From positions 66,713-130,712 of the IMG/VR virus record IMGVR_UViG_2910649936_000002: DNA of 64,000 nucleotides; one strand, 5' to 3'. Within the stretch, counting starts at the first letter, position 1. The number at the start of each line of letters is the position of its first letter. The notes below the pieces were generated by a model that was not told the origin of the DNA, searched no databases, and saw only the letters and a list, made by a program, of their open reading frames with translations. Both the position numbers and the translations under genes were made by a program. The DNA is from a virus (Duplodnaviria; Heunggongvirae; Uroviricota; Caudoviricetes). This document shows positions 50,202 to 60,308 of this stretch, in pieces.

Positions 50202-50846
50202 ATGACAAAATCTAATGAAATTGCAATTAGGGAACTAACGCTTATTGACAAAATAAATATGATTGATAATATTGTATCCGCATGTTTTACAGATGGTGAA
50301 TATACTCCTTATTATTATGAATCTTCATTAACCATTGCTATTGCATTATATTGTATTAACGGTATAACATTCGAGGAAAATGAATCTGTATATGATACAG
50401 TAATGGCTGATGAACAGATCAAAGTATTAATTGATGATATAAAAGAACATAATAGTGATATTTGTGAAATAGAAAAGCATGCCATTGATATTATTAAATT
50501 TAAAAAACAGCAAATTATCCATGGCTCAGATACACTGCGTAAACTTGGCGAATTTCTTGATGTTTTTGTAGATGCTCTTTCTGGTATCGCTAATTTGAAT
50601 ATTCAGAACATATCTAATGAAGATATGAAATTAGCTGTAGAATTTATGCAGAATATGAAAGATAAAAATATTACTGAAACAACTATTGCTAACGCAATGA
50701 ATAAGGTAATTAAAAATCATAAAGTTCCAAACACTAAAATTTACGAGGGCCAAAGAGAACGTATTGCCGAACAGCAAAAACAACTTAAAGAAAAAGATGC
50801 GGAAATTACTGCATTAAAAATTTGGAAACAGGAACATGAAAAATAG
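50202..50846 (+). CDS. Phage protein (possible tail assembly chaperone)
   Basis: Upstream of the tape measure gene. Confidence 0.5.
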   Translation: MTKSNEIAIRELTLIDKINMIDNIVSACFTDGEYTPYYYESSLTIAIALYCINGITFEENESVYDTVMADEQIKVLIDDIKEHNSDICEIEKHAIDIIKFKKQQIIHGSDTLRKLGEFLDVFVDALSGIANLNIQNISNEDMKLAVEFMQNMKDKNITETTIANAMNKVIKNHKVPNTKIYEGQRERIAEQQKQLKEKDAEITALKIWKQEHEK

Positions 50847-50854
50847 GAAGTGAT

Positions 50855-51220
50855 ATGATGGGGAAAATAATGAGTACAATCGACAGAGAAATAATTAAAC
50901 CTAGAGTCGATGCAGCTTACCAAGAAGGATTTGATATGACAAAAGAAGATATTAAATCCTTTTATTCACAGGGAAGTCCAAAGAGATATAAAAGAACCAA
51001 AGCATATGAAAACTCTCCAGATTCCATTCCCCCTTCTGGTGGCAATGGTAGTTATCATTATAATATCCATCTCAATGAGCACTCATATAGCACGGGGACT
51101 CCAGGATTCCCAGTATTTCAAGAAGCCCAGCATAACGGCTCTGGAATACTCGGTAAGGCAGACACATGGTTTGAAGCTGAAGAAGATATCAGGCAAGCTT
51201 TAGAAAATAATTTCACATAG
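50855..51220 (+). CDS. HK97 gp10-like tail completion protein
   Basis: FY….P..Y.RT motif; position. Confidence 0.5.
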   Translation: MMGKIMSTIDREIIKPRVDAAYQEGFDMTKEDIKSFYSQGSPKRYKRTKAYENSPDSIPPSGGNGSYHYNIHLNEHSYSTGTPGFPVFQEAQHNGSGILGKADTWFEAEEDIRQALENNFT

Positions 51221-51278
51221 CAGATTTATTTAAACTCTCATTTCGAGGGTTTATTTTTTTGCTGAGAAAGGGGAAACA

Positions 51279-53156
51279 ATGGGGACAAATTTTAATGTTG
51301 ATGTTAATATACGTCCACATGGTGCAGAAAAAATTGACCGTTTAGAACAGCAAATTAATAGTTTAAAGAATAAAAATATTAATTTGAAATTTAACATTAG
51401 TGGTATAAACTCCAAGGATTTAAATTTTAATAAGCAATTTAAAAATCTTGGAGAAAGCGCAGGGAAATCATATTCCACCGCCTTGCAAAAGCAAATAAAT
51501 GCGGTTGCCAGAACACAAAGAAACGCTTTTTCTGAACCATTAAAAACATTAACAAAAGCACAACAGAATTATGATGATTGGTGGAATAAACAGCTTTCCA
51601 AAAAATCTAATGCGAATTATGGGAAAAGTCAACAGTTTATTATGTTTGATCAATACTTGAATCAAATGAAAACTGTTGAAGAAAAAGCCCAAGAAATAAA
51701 GAAGCGTGTCTCTCAATCTTTCTTGGATGTGGATACATCTTCTATTCAAAAAAATCTTAGAAAATTTTCTGGTTCTGATTCAGAATCGTATAAATCCGCA
51801 CAAGCTAGTCTTGAAAAATTATTAAGTTTACAAAAAGAATTAAAAACCGGAGTCAGCAATGGTGGTCTATCAAAAACGTTAAATGCCAATGAGTATATTG
51901 CAAAATATAATGAATATGCAAGTATACTGGAGAAATGTAAGAATCAAGTAAAAGTTTTAAATAATGAATTAGTTGGATTATCTAAACCAATTAGTAGTAT
52001 GGATGCTGTTACAGCTTCAAACAAAACTTTGACTTGGCTTAATAATAATACAAAGGCGGCAAAAGAATATGGTGAAGTTTTACGTTCACTTGCAGAAAAG
52101 CAAAAACAGGCAACTACGAGTGATCAACTTTCACAATACAATAAAGAGTTTAGACAAATTGTTTCAGAAGCGCAAGTACGTGGTTTAACAGGTAATTCAA
52201 GACTTTCTGAACTTAAACGTGCAGCCAGTCAAATTGCTGAATTTGTTGGAATTTATGGAATGTTACAAAATGTAATACTGGAAGTTCCGAGACAGATGGC
52301 GCAGAATGTACTTGATGTAGATGCTGCCATGACTAACTTGCAAATGGCAACTGGTGTAACCAATACACAAGCCCAAGAGCTAATGTCTACATATAGCAAA
52401 CTTGGAGAGCAGTTAAAGGCGACAAGTACAGATGTTGCAACTAGTGCTACAGAGTGGCTTAAGCAAGGGAAGTCGATTGAAGAATCACAAAAACTTGCTG
52501 AAGATTCAATTGTTTTATCTAAGATTGGTGATTTATCTTCTGAAGATGCAACTAAAACCATTACTGCCGCTATGAAGTCATACAACCTTGATGAATCTGA
52601 GGTTATGAATTTTGTTGATCAAATTTCTGCTATTGATATGGCATCAGCCACAGATGTAGGTGGTCTTGCTTCTGCATTTAATGAAGTGGCCGCTAACGCA
52701 AGACAGGCAGGTGTAGATACAAAACAACTTCTTTCATATGCGGCGGCAATTGGAGAAACAACACAAGAAGGTATGTCTTCTGTTGGTACATCATTGAATG
52801 CAATATTCTCAAGAATGGGAAATATTAAATTGTCTCGTTTGAAAGATTATGAGACAGGTGAGGATCTTAGTAATGTAGAAACCGTTCTTCGTGGAGTAGG
52901 AATTTCATTACGAGACTCACAGGATGAATTTAGGGATTTTGATGATGTACTTGAGGAAACAGCTAACCGTTGGACTTCGCTGAGTGGGGTACAACAAAGA
53001 GCAGTGTCACAGGCTTTCGCCGGAACGCATCACATGAATGATTTTATGGTTTTGATGGAGCAGTGGGAAAATGTAGAGAAATACATTGAAACTGCTGACA
53101 ATGCTTCTGGTCAGAGTATACAGAAATATGAAGCATATACAGATTCATTAGCAGGC
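51279..53156 (+). CDS. Tail tape measure protein, exon 1
   Basis: TP901-family core (VDAAMTNL…A..W.KQG…LSKIG…); the frame ends at the intron (…DSLAG|). Confidence 0.9.
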
Positions 53157-53731
53157 AAATTTTGCCTGATCGCATAGAAATATGCGAATAAGAACATATT
53201 TAATTGCAGGTAATACCTAAAGCTCTACACTACAATATAGGGGAAACTACTATATGACAGTTTTAAAACGTAGAGATAAAACAATGGTTGTTCATGCAGC
53301 GAAGCACCCTAACGTATCCCGTAGACCATACGGTACTTGAGCCGAGGGTGAACGTTCACAGACTATTCCCTTGTCGGGATTCAACAATATTCTATTTCAT
53401 TTCTAATTTTTTCACATATTAAAAAGAGAATATAAAAATAAGGGTGGAAATCCCGAATAGTTGAATCAATAGAAGTACGGGCGCAATCGCAAATGGCGCA
53501 GGTGAAAACCCATAAACGGAAAAGGTATGACTGCTACTCTTCTATTTTGAATGAGTGTGGTTAAGAAATAGTCGGTTCTTGTATGAAAATACGAGATGTT
53601 GTTGATTAATTATATGATGGAGAACATTAAATGAACAATATTTTTAAATGTAAATCATTATTCAAAATAGCATTTATAAAATATTAATCAACAACTGATA
53701 AACTATTGCGAAGTTTATCGAACATAATAAG
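53157..53731 (+). ncRNA. Group I intron 1 (575 nt, no endonuclease ORF)
   Basis: P aattgcaggtaa, Q catgcagcg, P7 GACTA(53361)/TAGTC(53569), P9 cttgtat-gaaa-atacgag, terminal G53731; removal restores GGC|AAA ATT GAG in frame. Confidence 0.9.
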
Positions 53732-53920
53732 AAAATTGAGGGATTCAAAAATAGCTTCCAATCTCTCTCGACTTCAGCTTTAGATTCAGATTTATTCAAG
53801 GGAGCTATAGACTCCGGCACAGGACTTCTCAACATCATAACTAAACTTACAAGTGTTGGTGATGGAATTCCTGCTTTAATAGCTGCATTTTCTGTTTTGA
53901 AATCAGCTACAGGTTCGGGT
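53732..53920 (+). CDS. Tape measure protein, exon 2 (63 codons)
   Basis: KIEGFKNSFQSLSTSALDSDLFKGAID…SATGSG; absent from the ORF track. Confidence 0.88.
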
Positions 53921-54468
53921 AAATATAAAGTCATAGTTATAAATGCCCCCTTATATAAGATTGCGTAATAATGCCACGCAATTAACATATAGGGTGTTTG
54001 CGGCAATTAATCATAAGTTGCTAATACGAACCTTGGTTATAACCTAAATTGTCGAATATCGGGGGAAGCCGTAAGCCAGAAATGGTGCCAAACGGATGAG
54101 ATAAAAGCGCATTTAATATAAATAGCGTTCCGAATGGAATAAGTGTATCTACACGAAAACGGTAGTCACCGACGCGGTATATGCTAGAATGAAAGTGTGA
54201 TTTCATAATATATCGTGCGAGAGGCTGACAAGACACAGCGTGATACAGGCATAATTGTATCATTGGCTGCAATATACAGTCCGTAACCTGGGGGAAAGCC
54301 CCTGAGAAGCGAATAGGGATATGATTAGCACTACTGCTACCCTACTTAGTACATATCACACAAACTACTGCCGACTTGCAAAAACGGAGTAGAAAATATT
54401 TTATAATACTACTATTCTCTGATATAATATGTTTATATATAGATTAAACATGTGGAGAATAAGTGAAA

Positions 54469-54612
54469 ATGCCAAATAATAAATCAAACAAAAGACAAAT
54501 TAAATCATCTACAAAAGCTCATAGTACAAAACATAGGAAAAGCACAAATTTGTACGGTAATAATGGCACTAATGTTACAAAGCCATTCAAAGGGAACAAA
54601 AAAAATAAATAG
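54469..54612 (+). CDS. Intron cargo: small basic peptide (47 aa)
   Basis: SD ggag; K/N/S-rich; upstream of the membrane gene. Confidence 0.4.
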   Translation: MPNNKSNKRQIKSSTKAHSTKHRKSTNLYGNNGTNVTKPFKGNKKNK

Positions 54613-54626
54613 TATGCAATAAGGAG

Positions 54627-55196
54627 ATGATACCAATTCATAATATAGAAGTATTAATAAATAATATACCAAGTATTTTACAATATATTATTCCTGGGTA
54701 TTGTTTGATGTTTGTATTTAAACATATTACAAATGTAAAAACAGATAATAATACAACAATTATTCTAAGTTGCGTTATTAGTTATATTACGCTTTCATTA
54801 TTATCATTATTTTATATCAGCAATAATATTTATATTACTTCTGCTATTGCTATTTTAATAAATGTATTTATTGGTTTCTGTATTGCTATGGTTGCAAAAT
54901 GCAAAATATTTAATACCTTTTTACTTAACCATTTACATACCAATACTTATCATGATATATGGAATGATGTATTGGATTATACTCATGGTTCAAATATGAA
55001 GATATATCTCAAAGGATACGATTATTATATATTAGGTCATTATAGATTTAATGAAACAAATGGTAATGAATCATGGTTCGCAGTCAGTGGATATGAAAAA
55101 ATAGATTTAAAGACTGATAAGATTTTGCAAATAGAGGATGAAACTTCTTATTTTGTTTTTAACTTGCGAGATGTGGATCATATTGAAATAATTTAG
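54627..55196 (+). CDS. Intron cargo: membrane protein (DUF6338-like)
   Basis: Three N-terminal TM segments (IPSILQYIIPGY…), soluble C domain; SD aaggag. Confidence 0.65.
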   Translation: MIPIHNIEVLINNIPSILQYIIPGYCLMFVFKHITNVKTDNNTTIILSCVISYITLSLLSLFYISNNIYITSAIAILINVFIGFCIAMVAKCKIFNTFLLNHLHTNTYHDIWNDVLDYTHGSNMKIYLKGYDYYILGHYRFNETNGNESWFAVSGYEKIDLKTDKILQIEDETSYFVFNLRDVDHIEII

Positions 55197-55466
55197 ATTA
55201 TTACAAAAAAATAATCAAAGTACTTTTTATTGGACATATATTATGCTATTATAAACACATGGTTGTTGCTGCACCTTTTATACATAGCCGGTAGACTTTT
55301 TAGGTTCTATCGGCTATTGTCATATAAGTAATCAAAATTCCTTAAATAATTTACTGAACTTTGAATTGCATGTAGATGTTCATCTCACAAATAGAAATTC
55401 TATTTCTTTTCTAAGAGTTTGTATAGATGGATCTCTCATAACACCGTCTTGCATTGTACGTATAAA

Positions 55467-55619
55467 TTAATATGTAACAACATTATATATAATAGCAAAC
55501 AAAAAGAGAATAACAATGGTTAAAACTATAGCTACAGTAAGGGCTAGACCTGAATTGTCAAATATAACATTCGCAATATAATAAACGATACAAAATATAA
55601 TTATACCAGGTAAAAGCAT
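55467..55619 (-). CDS. Intron cargo: 50-aa hydrophobic two-TM peptide
   Basis: MLLPGIIIFCIVYY…FAIIYNVVTY; SD gagggg; below the track threshold. Confidence 0.6.
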   Translation of the reverse strand: MLLPGIIIFCIVYYIANVIFDNSGLALTVAIVLTIVILFLFAIIYNVVTY

Positions 55620-55718
55620 AATAAATCCCCCTCTTTATCATAACATGTTTTATAACCGATTCAGTCTTGTTCCAAATTAAGTTTCATTCCTACCTCCACC
55701 TACTAATCAAAGAAAGGA

Positions 55719-55934
55719 TTGATTAATATAAAAGAATATATAACAAATGATATTCATATTAAATTCATACGCCAGAAAAAGGATGATTCAATCTGCTCGT
55801 TTGATACCATTGAAGTATCTATTAACGGGAAAGTTATTCCTAATCTGAAACGTTTTAAATTAGATCTTAATGTAGAGTCAGGTAATTTTTCGCAACCATA
55901 TACAATCGAACAATATCTTTCTGTACCAGACTGA
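55719..55934 (+). CDS. Intron cargo: small hypothetical protein
   Basis: SD gaaagga. Confidence 0.5.
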   Translation: MINIKEYITNDIHIKFIRQKKDDSICSFDTIEVSINGKVIPNLKRFKLDLNVESGNFSQPYTIEQYLSVPD

Positions 55935-56092
55935 TTAATCCAATATCACCATTTATTTACACAATTTTTATCATCTGAGAAATAAACATCACATGGTTTT
56001 CGTTCAGGGATGTTTGAAAATTGATTTATTACCTGGATAGCATTATTGGACAGTGAATTCAAAAACTGTTTTTTATTCATTAATAAATTTCC

Positions 56093-56226
56093 CTACCATT
56101 TATGTCCACAGTTTTTACAATGCATAGTATTCCTTACGTCACTACTAAAAACACCAAATAATATACTACCGCCGAGTTTTTTCCCAGCCGATATTTTCTT
56201 TATGTTGGTAGACCCACAGGTGGGAT
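56093..56226 (-). pseudogene. Intron cargo: C-terminal remnant of a fourth zinc-ribbon paralogue
   Basis: HPTCGSTNIKKISAGKKLGGSILFGVFSSDVRNTMHCKNCGHKW*, truncated directly below the peptidase gene. Confidence 0.75.
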
Positions 56227-56234
56227 GGATATCT

Positions 56235-56972
56235 CTATAGTATATTTAATTTCATAATTATTTTGTTAGAGATTTGGTTAGAGATGCTATTTAAGTCAGA
56301 AAAATATGAAAAATTATCAATTTCAGGATTTTTTAGTAATCCATCTAAAATTTCAATATCATGCTTACCTAATAATAATGATATAAATTCATAATCAATC
56401 AACTTTGATACATCTTCTTTGCAATACTTGTTCCAGAAATTAATCTGACTTAAATAATAAATTGAATGTAATATAATATGGTATATATCTTTATTTTTTA
56501 TAAATGATTGAATAGTCGATTTATAATCTAAGGTTTTATATGCAATATCTTCAGCTACATTCTTTTTATAAATCCAATCATTAACCTTTGTAGATAATTG
56601 AAATTTATAATTTTCATAATAATTGTTAAATCCCAAAGCTGCTTTCATTTGAACTTGTGTAGCATAATACTCAGTGTACCATTTAATATATGGTTCTCTT
56701 TGCTGTTTATTTAGTCCTGTAAGAATTGTACTGTCATGTAAAATATGTGTTAATTCATGATAAACTCCTGGTCTAGCATTTGATTTTAGTTCTGGTATGT
56801 ATGTACTGGAAAGTAAAAATGTTGGTATTCCCTTATCAAAGGTTGTTTTGAGATTTGCGCCTAGTGTATCATCTATAACAATATTGAAATCTGGAAATGT
56901 ACTAATCAGCATGAATTTTTTATATTCTTCTTTATAGCTATTTATAATATTATTTATCTTATTATACTGCAT
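56235..56972 (-). CDS. Intron cargo: HExxH metallopeptidase-like protein
   Basis: YHELTHILH…TEYYA third-ligand motif. Confidence 0.65.
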   Translation of the reverse strand: MQYNKINNIINSYKEEYKKFMLISTFPDFNIVIDDTLGANLKTTFDKGIPTFLLSSTYIPELKSNARPGVYHELTHILHDSTILTGLNKQQREPYIKWYTEYYATQVQMKAALGFNNYYENYKFQLSTKVNDWIYKKNVAEDIAYKTLDYKSTIQSFIKNKDIYHIILHSIYYLSQINFWNKYCKEDVSKLIDYEFISLLLGKHDIEILDGLLKNPEIDNFSYFSDLNSISNQISNKIIMKLNIL

Positions 56973-57021
56973 AATTTATACCCATTTCTACAAACACAAT
57001 ATTTTAAAGGATGGTGAAAGT

Positions 57022-57198
57022 TTGAAAGATATTAATAAAAATATTCAATCATGTATTGATGATTATAATAAAAAAATGACTTCTCTTGTTTATGATGATC
57101 CAGTTGGTGTTTTATCACAGCAAGAGTATGAGAAATATGAAAAAATATATCTTGAAAAACGTCGTGAGAAACTACGTTCTCATGGTTTACATGTGTGA
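57022..57198 (+). CDS. Intron cargo: small hypothetical protein (58 aa)
   Basis: SD ggtgaaag and TTG start; divergent from the peptidase gene. Confidence 0.45.
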   Translation: MKDINKNIQSCIDDYNKKMTSLVYDDPVGVLSQQEYEKYEKIYLEKRREKLRSHGLHV

Positions 57199-57305
57199 GC
57201 GTAACAATATATTTATACCCAATTAAACTAAGGTTTAATTAGCAGAGTTTCTTTAGAAAATCCAGCTTTTAAACATCAGTGACGTATTAAAATATTTTCA
57301 ACTTA

Positions 57306-58040
57306 TCATTTTAATTCATTACTATATATAGATGAGGATATTTTGTTTATCATATTATTAGATTCATAACAAAAAGCATCCGATGGTTCTGTGCTTATTA
57401 ATAAGTCTATTAGAGCACACATATCATCTTGTACATATGTAAAGGGTAAATGAAAGATAAATAAATCCTCAAAAATATTGTACTGGTTATATATAGAATA
57501 AAATCCAATATTATATACAATCCAATACATTAATAAATGAAAGTTTTGTTTTGAATTAATTCGTCTTGCATGTTCAAGCCGTAAATTAAATTGTTCGTTT
57601 TGAATTTGAATGAATTCTTTTAATGTTATAATTCCATTCTCATTATAAATAGTTGTAGATTTTGTAATGTTTTTATTAGGATTGTGGAATAGTTCTAATA
57701 ATTTTTTTATTTGAATTTGCGCAGCATGATATTCTGTATATGGATAGAGTATATTTGTTTTTTCTTGTTTATCATATATATCTGTTAGTAAAACAGTTTG
57801 ATCATAAACATGAGTAAACTCATGATATAGATTTGATATAATATACTTTTTGTTTATTTTCGGATTGTAAAATTTACTTCCTAATGCAATTTCATATATA
57901 TCGGACGTAATTTGCTTGACTTGTGCAAGATATTGCATTTTTAAACGCGGCATTGGAATTATTTCTGGCATTTTACTTTTTATATCCAAGTCGTTTATAA
58001 ATTGAGTATATATTGCGGCAATCTCATCGTTTGACAACAT
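57306..58040 (-). CDS. Intron cargo: HExxH metallopeptidase-like protein, paralogue
   Basis: YHEFTHVYD…TEYHA…QIKKLL, collinear with 56235-56972. Confidence 0.65.
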   Translation of the reverse strand: MLSNDEIAAIYTQFINDLDIKSKMPEIIPMPRLKMQYLAQVKQITSDIYEIALGSKFYNPKINKKYIISNLYHEFTHVYDQTVLLTDIYDKQEKTNILYPYTEYHAAQIQIKKLLELFHNPNKNITKSTTIYNENGIITLKEFIQIQNEQFNLRLEHARRINSKQNFHLLMYWIVYNIGFYSIYNQYNIFEDLFIFHLPFTYVQDDMCALIDLLISTEPSDAFCYESNNMINKISSSIYSNELK

Positions 58041-58077
58041 AATATTTATATCCTTTCAAGAAAGTTGGTGTTATATA

Positions 58078-58314
58078 ATGTATAATAGCATAAATAACAA
58101 AGCCGATTCAGATTCTATTTTAAACACACAAGACCCACATGTGCATGTTTTACTCAATCCTTCTGACATTAGTCTACCACTCCCACCCAAACCAAAATAT
58201 AAAAAGATATTGAGTGATCTATATTTATTAATCAATATACGAGGAACTGATAGCTTTAGCATGTGGTTGGACATTTGGAAGCAACTTTTTTATCATATAA
58301 TAAGTCATGACTAA
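58078..58314 (+). CDS. Intron cargo: small hypothetical protein
   Basis: Divergent from the peptidase gene, same arrangement as 57022-57198. Confidence 0.4.
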   Translation: MYNSINNKADSDSILNTQDPHVHVLLNPSDISLPLPPKPKYKKILSDLYLLINIRGTDSFSMWLDIWKQLFYHIISHD

Positions 58315-58336
58315 AGACTAATTATCTAACTAATCT

Positions 58337-58786
58337 CTACCACTCATATCCACAATTATTACAATGAAACTGCATTTTTCTTTTATTACCAAACAAACCA
58401 AATAATACAGCATTTGTTGCTTTTGAAGCTGTAGTAATTTTACGAATATTGGTACTTTGACAAGTTGGGCATTTAGGCTTGTTGCTTTCTTCTGCTGCCT
58501 TCTGCTGTTCTACTTGAGTTCGCAGTTGAGACATTTTTAATTCATATTCGATGATGTCTTCATCATGAAGTTTAATCATGGCATCAAAAAAATTAGGGTC
58601 TATTGCAACATCCATCCAAACCTTAAAGTCTTGATATGTGACATTTAATGTTTTTATAGGATGTCCATATTCACATTCCGTTGCCTCTTCTGGTAAAATA
58701 AATTTATACCCCCATACTGGATATGCGAATTCTTTTGGTAAATGCAATCGCTGACATTCAGCGCAATATTTTATATAATCTGGCAT
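58337..58786 (-). CDS. Intron cargo: zinc-ribbon protein
   Basis: N-terminal CxxC…CxxxH, central DAMIKLHDEDIIEY, C-terminal CPTCQSTNI…CNNCG. Confidence 0.8.
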   Translation of the reverse strand: MPDYIKYCAECQRLHLPKEFAYPVWGYKFILPEEATECEYGHPIKTLNVTYQDFKVWMDVAIDPNFFDAMIKLHDEDIIEYELKMSQLRTQVEQQKAAEESNKPKCPTCQSTNIRKITTASKATNAVLFGLFGNKRKMQFHCNNCGYEW

Positions 58787-58887
58787 TATAAATACACCCC
58801 CTTATAGTAAATGTAATATTCATTTTCAAAATTTTAATTGCCTTTGCATTTTTCACAATATTTTGATTTTAAACTAAGTGTTTATAC

Positions 58888-59073
58888 TTATTCATCAAGA
58901 TATATTTTTAATGCATTGTAACAATTTAACACTTCATTATCAGCGGCATATGATTCTGAGCATTTTTGAATTTTATCTGTGTAAATAAACGTTGTAAGCA
59001 AAATCAAAAACACAAATACGATAAAAGAGCTAATAACTTTATATTGCTTATCATATATCAAATTTTTGAACAT
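58888..59073 (-). CDS. Intron cargo: small membrane protein
   Basis: One TM segment; SD gaaagtgag. Confidence 0.5.
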   Translation of the reverse strand: MFKNLIYDKQYKVISSFIVFVFLILLTTFIYTDKIQKCSESYAADNEVLNCYNALKIYLDE

Positions 59074-59121
59074 GGTTAATGCTCACTTTCTTAATGATTT
59101 ATCGCTATTTAATAAGACTGT

Positions 59122-59592
59122 TTAAAAATCACTTTTACAATTATTACAATGCCACTGCTTTCCAATTTTCTTACTTAAAATACCAAAGCCTATAATGGAG
59201 GCTGCTCTGTTTGTAGCAGAAATTTTCTTGATATTTGTAGAATTGCAATACGGACATTTGGGAAGATTACTTGCCTGTGGTACATATTTAGCTTGCTCTT
59301 CAGTTCCATAACACCCAGCACGTTTCGCATCTTCTCTCCATTGTGCAATACGACTTTTATACTCTATAATATTTTCCTTTTGGAGTTTTATCATAGCTTC
59401 TATAAACTCTCTATCTTCTGATACACGTCTAATCAAAAACATTTCCTCTGCGGTAATGGTTGTATGTATTAACGGCGATCCGCACTTAAAACAGAAATTA
59501 GATTTATCAGTGTTATCTTTGTCTGGATCATATAATAATCTAACATTACAATCGCGGTTAGAACAAATTGTTACATGACTATTAAATGCCAT
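59122..59592 (-). CDS. Intron cargo: zinc-ribbon protein
   Basis: CFKCG, EAMIKLQKENIIEY, CPYCNSTNIKKI…CNNC; SD aggagg. Confidence 0.8.
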   Translation of the reverse strand: MAFNSHVTICSNRDCNVRLLYDPDKDNTDKSNFCFKCGSPLIHTTITAEEMFLIRRVSEDREFIEAMIKLQKENIIEYKSRIAQWREDAKRAGCYGTEEQAKYVPQASNLPKCPYCNSTNIKKISATNRAASIIGFGILSKKIGKQWHCNNCKSDF

Positions 59593-59743
59593 TTAATCAA
59601 TCCTCCTTAATATATTGCAAGTATATTATAACATGGATATTTTTAAAAACAAACGGTTTTTAACTATGACAAAGGCAACAACAATGAGAACCTATATAAT
59701 AATAGAACCTCATTATCATCGCCTTTGTCAATTGATTCAGTAT

Positions 59744-60229
59744 TTATTTTGGTTGCATTTTATATCCACAGTTATTGCATACTAACTCTACTTTATTCGT
59801 TGCAAAGCCTGTGAGCAATCTCCATTTCTTTCTCAAAGGAGTAAATTCAGTGCAACCACATTTTGGACATTTAGTTTTGCGCTCTTCTTGTTTAATGGAT
59901 TCCAACTCCTTTGCTTTTACACGAAGTTCGGCCATCTTCGTTTCGTAAGCAATGATGTCTTCATCATGAAGTTTAATCATGGCATCAAGAAACTGTCGAT
60001 TATAATTTGAAGCTGTTCTGATAGCTATAAAATCATCATGCGTAAAATTCAAATCTACAATATCTTGCTGACAATATGGACATTTTGATAATCCATGTCC
60101 CCATCCGCCAATATATCCTCTGATATATTGCATGTTCTTTGGATCTCCATTTCCTTTTGGCTCATTATTATCATAACAGTTTTGGCAAAAATATATTGTT
60201 AATTCTTCTCCATTATACATCTTTATCAC
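59744..60229 (-). CDS. Intron cargo: zinc-ribbon protein
   Basis: CQNC…CPYC, DAMIKLHDEDII.Y, CPKCG…CNNCG. Confidence 0.8.
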   Translation of the reverse strand: MIKMYNGEELTIYFCQNCYDNNEPKGNGDPKNMQYIRGYIGGWGHGLSKCPYCQQDIVDLNFTHDDFIAIRTASNYNRQFLDAMIKLHDEDIIAYETKMAELRVKAKELESIKQEERKTKCPKCGCTEFTPLRKKWRLLTGFATNKVELVCNNCGYKMQPK

Positions 60230-60308
60230 CTATTCGAATCAATATTTTATTTTTAATTATCTTACTTAATCCATATAAAATATATGTGATATTTGCAAGA
60301 TATTACAT

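Larger units (their letters stand above)
58551..59988. repeat. 37-bp identical direct repeat within two cargo paralogues
   Basis: atgatgtcttcatcatgaagtttaatcatggcatcaa at 58551-58587 and 59952-59988. Confidence 0.9.

Noticed and set aside
53674-54272. Track ORFs 53674-54006 and 54021-54272 (-)
   Set aside because: Shadows of TMP exon 2 and the intron core; no SD.
57290-57305. A further relic 3' splice site (attttcaact at ~57294)
   Set aside because: Only 10 nt match, with no preceding G and no zinc-ribbon cassette; likely chance.
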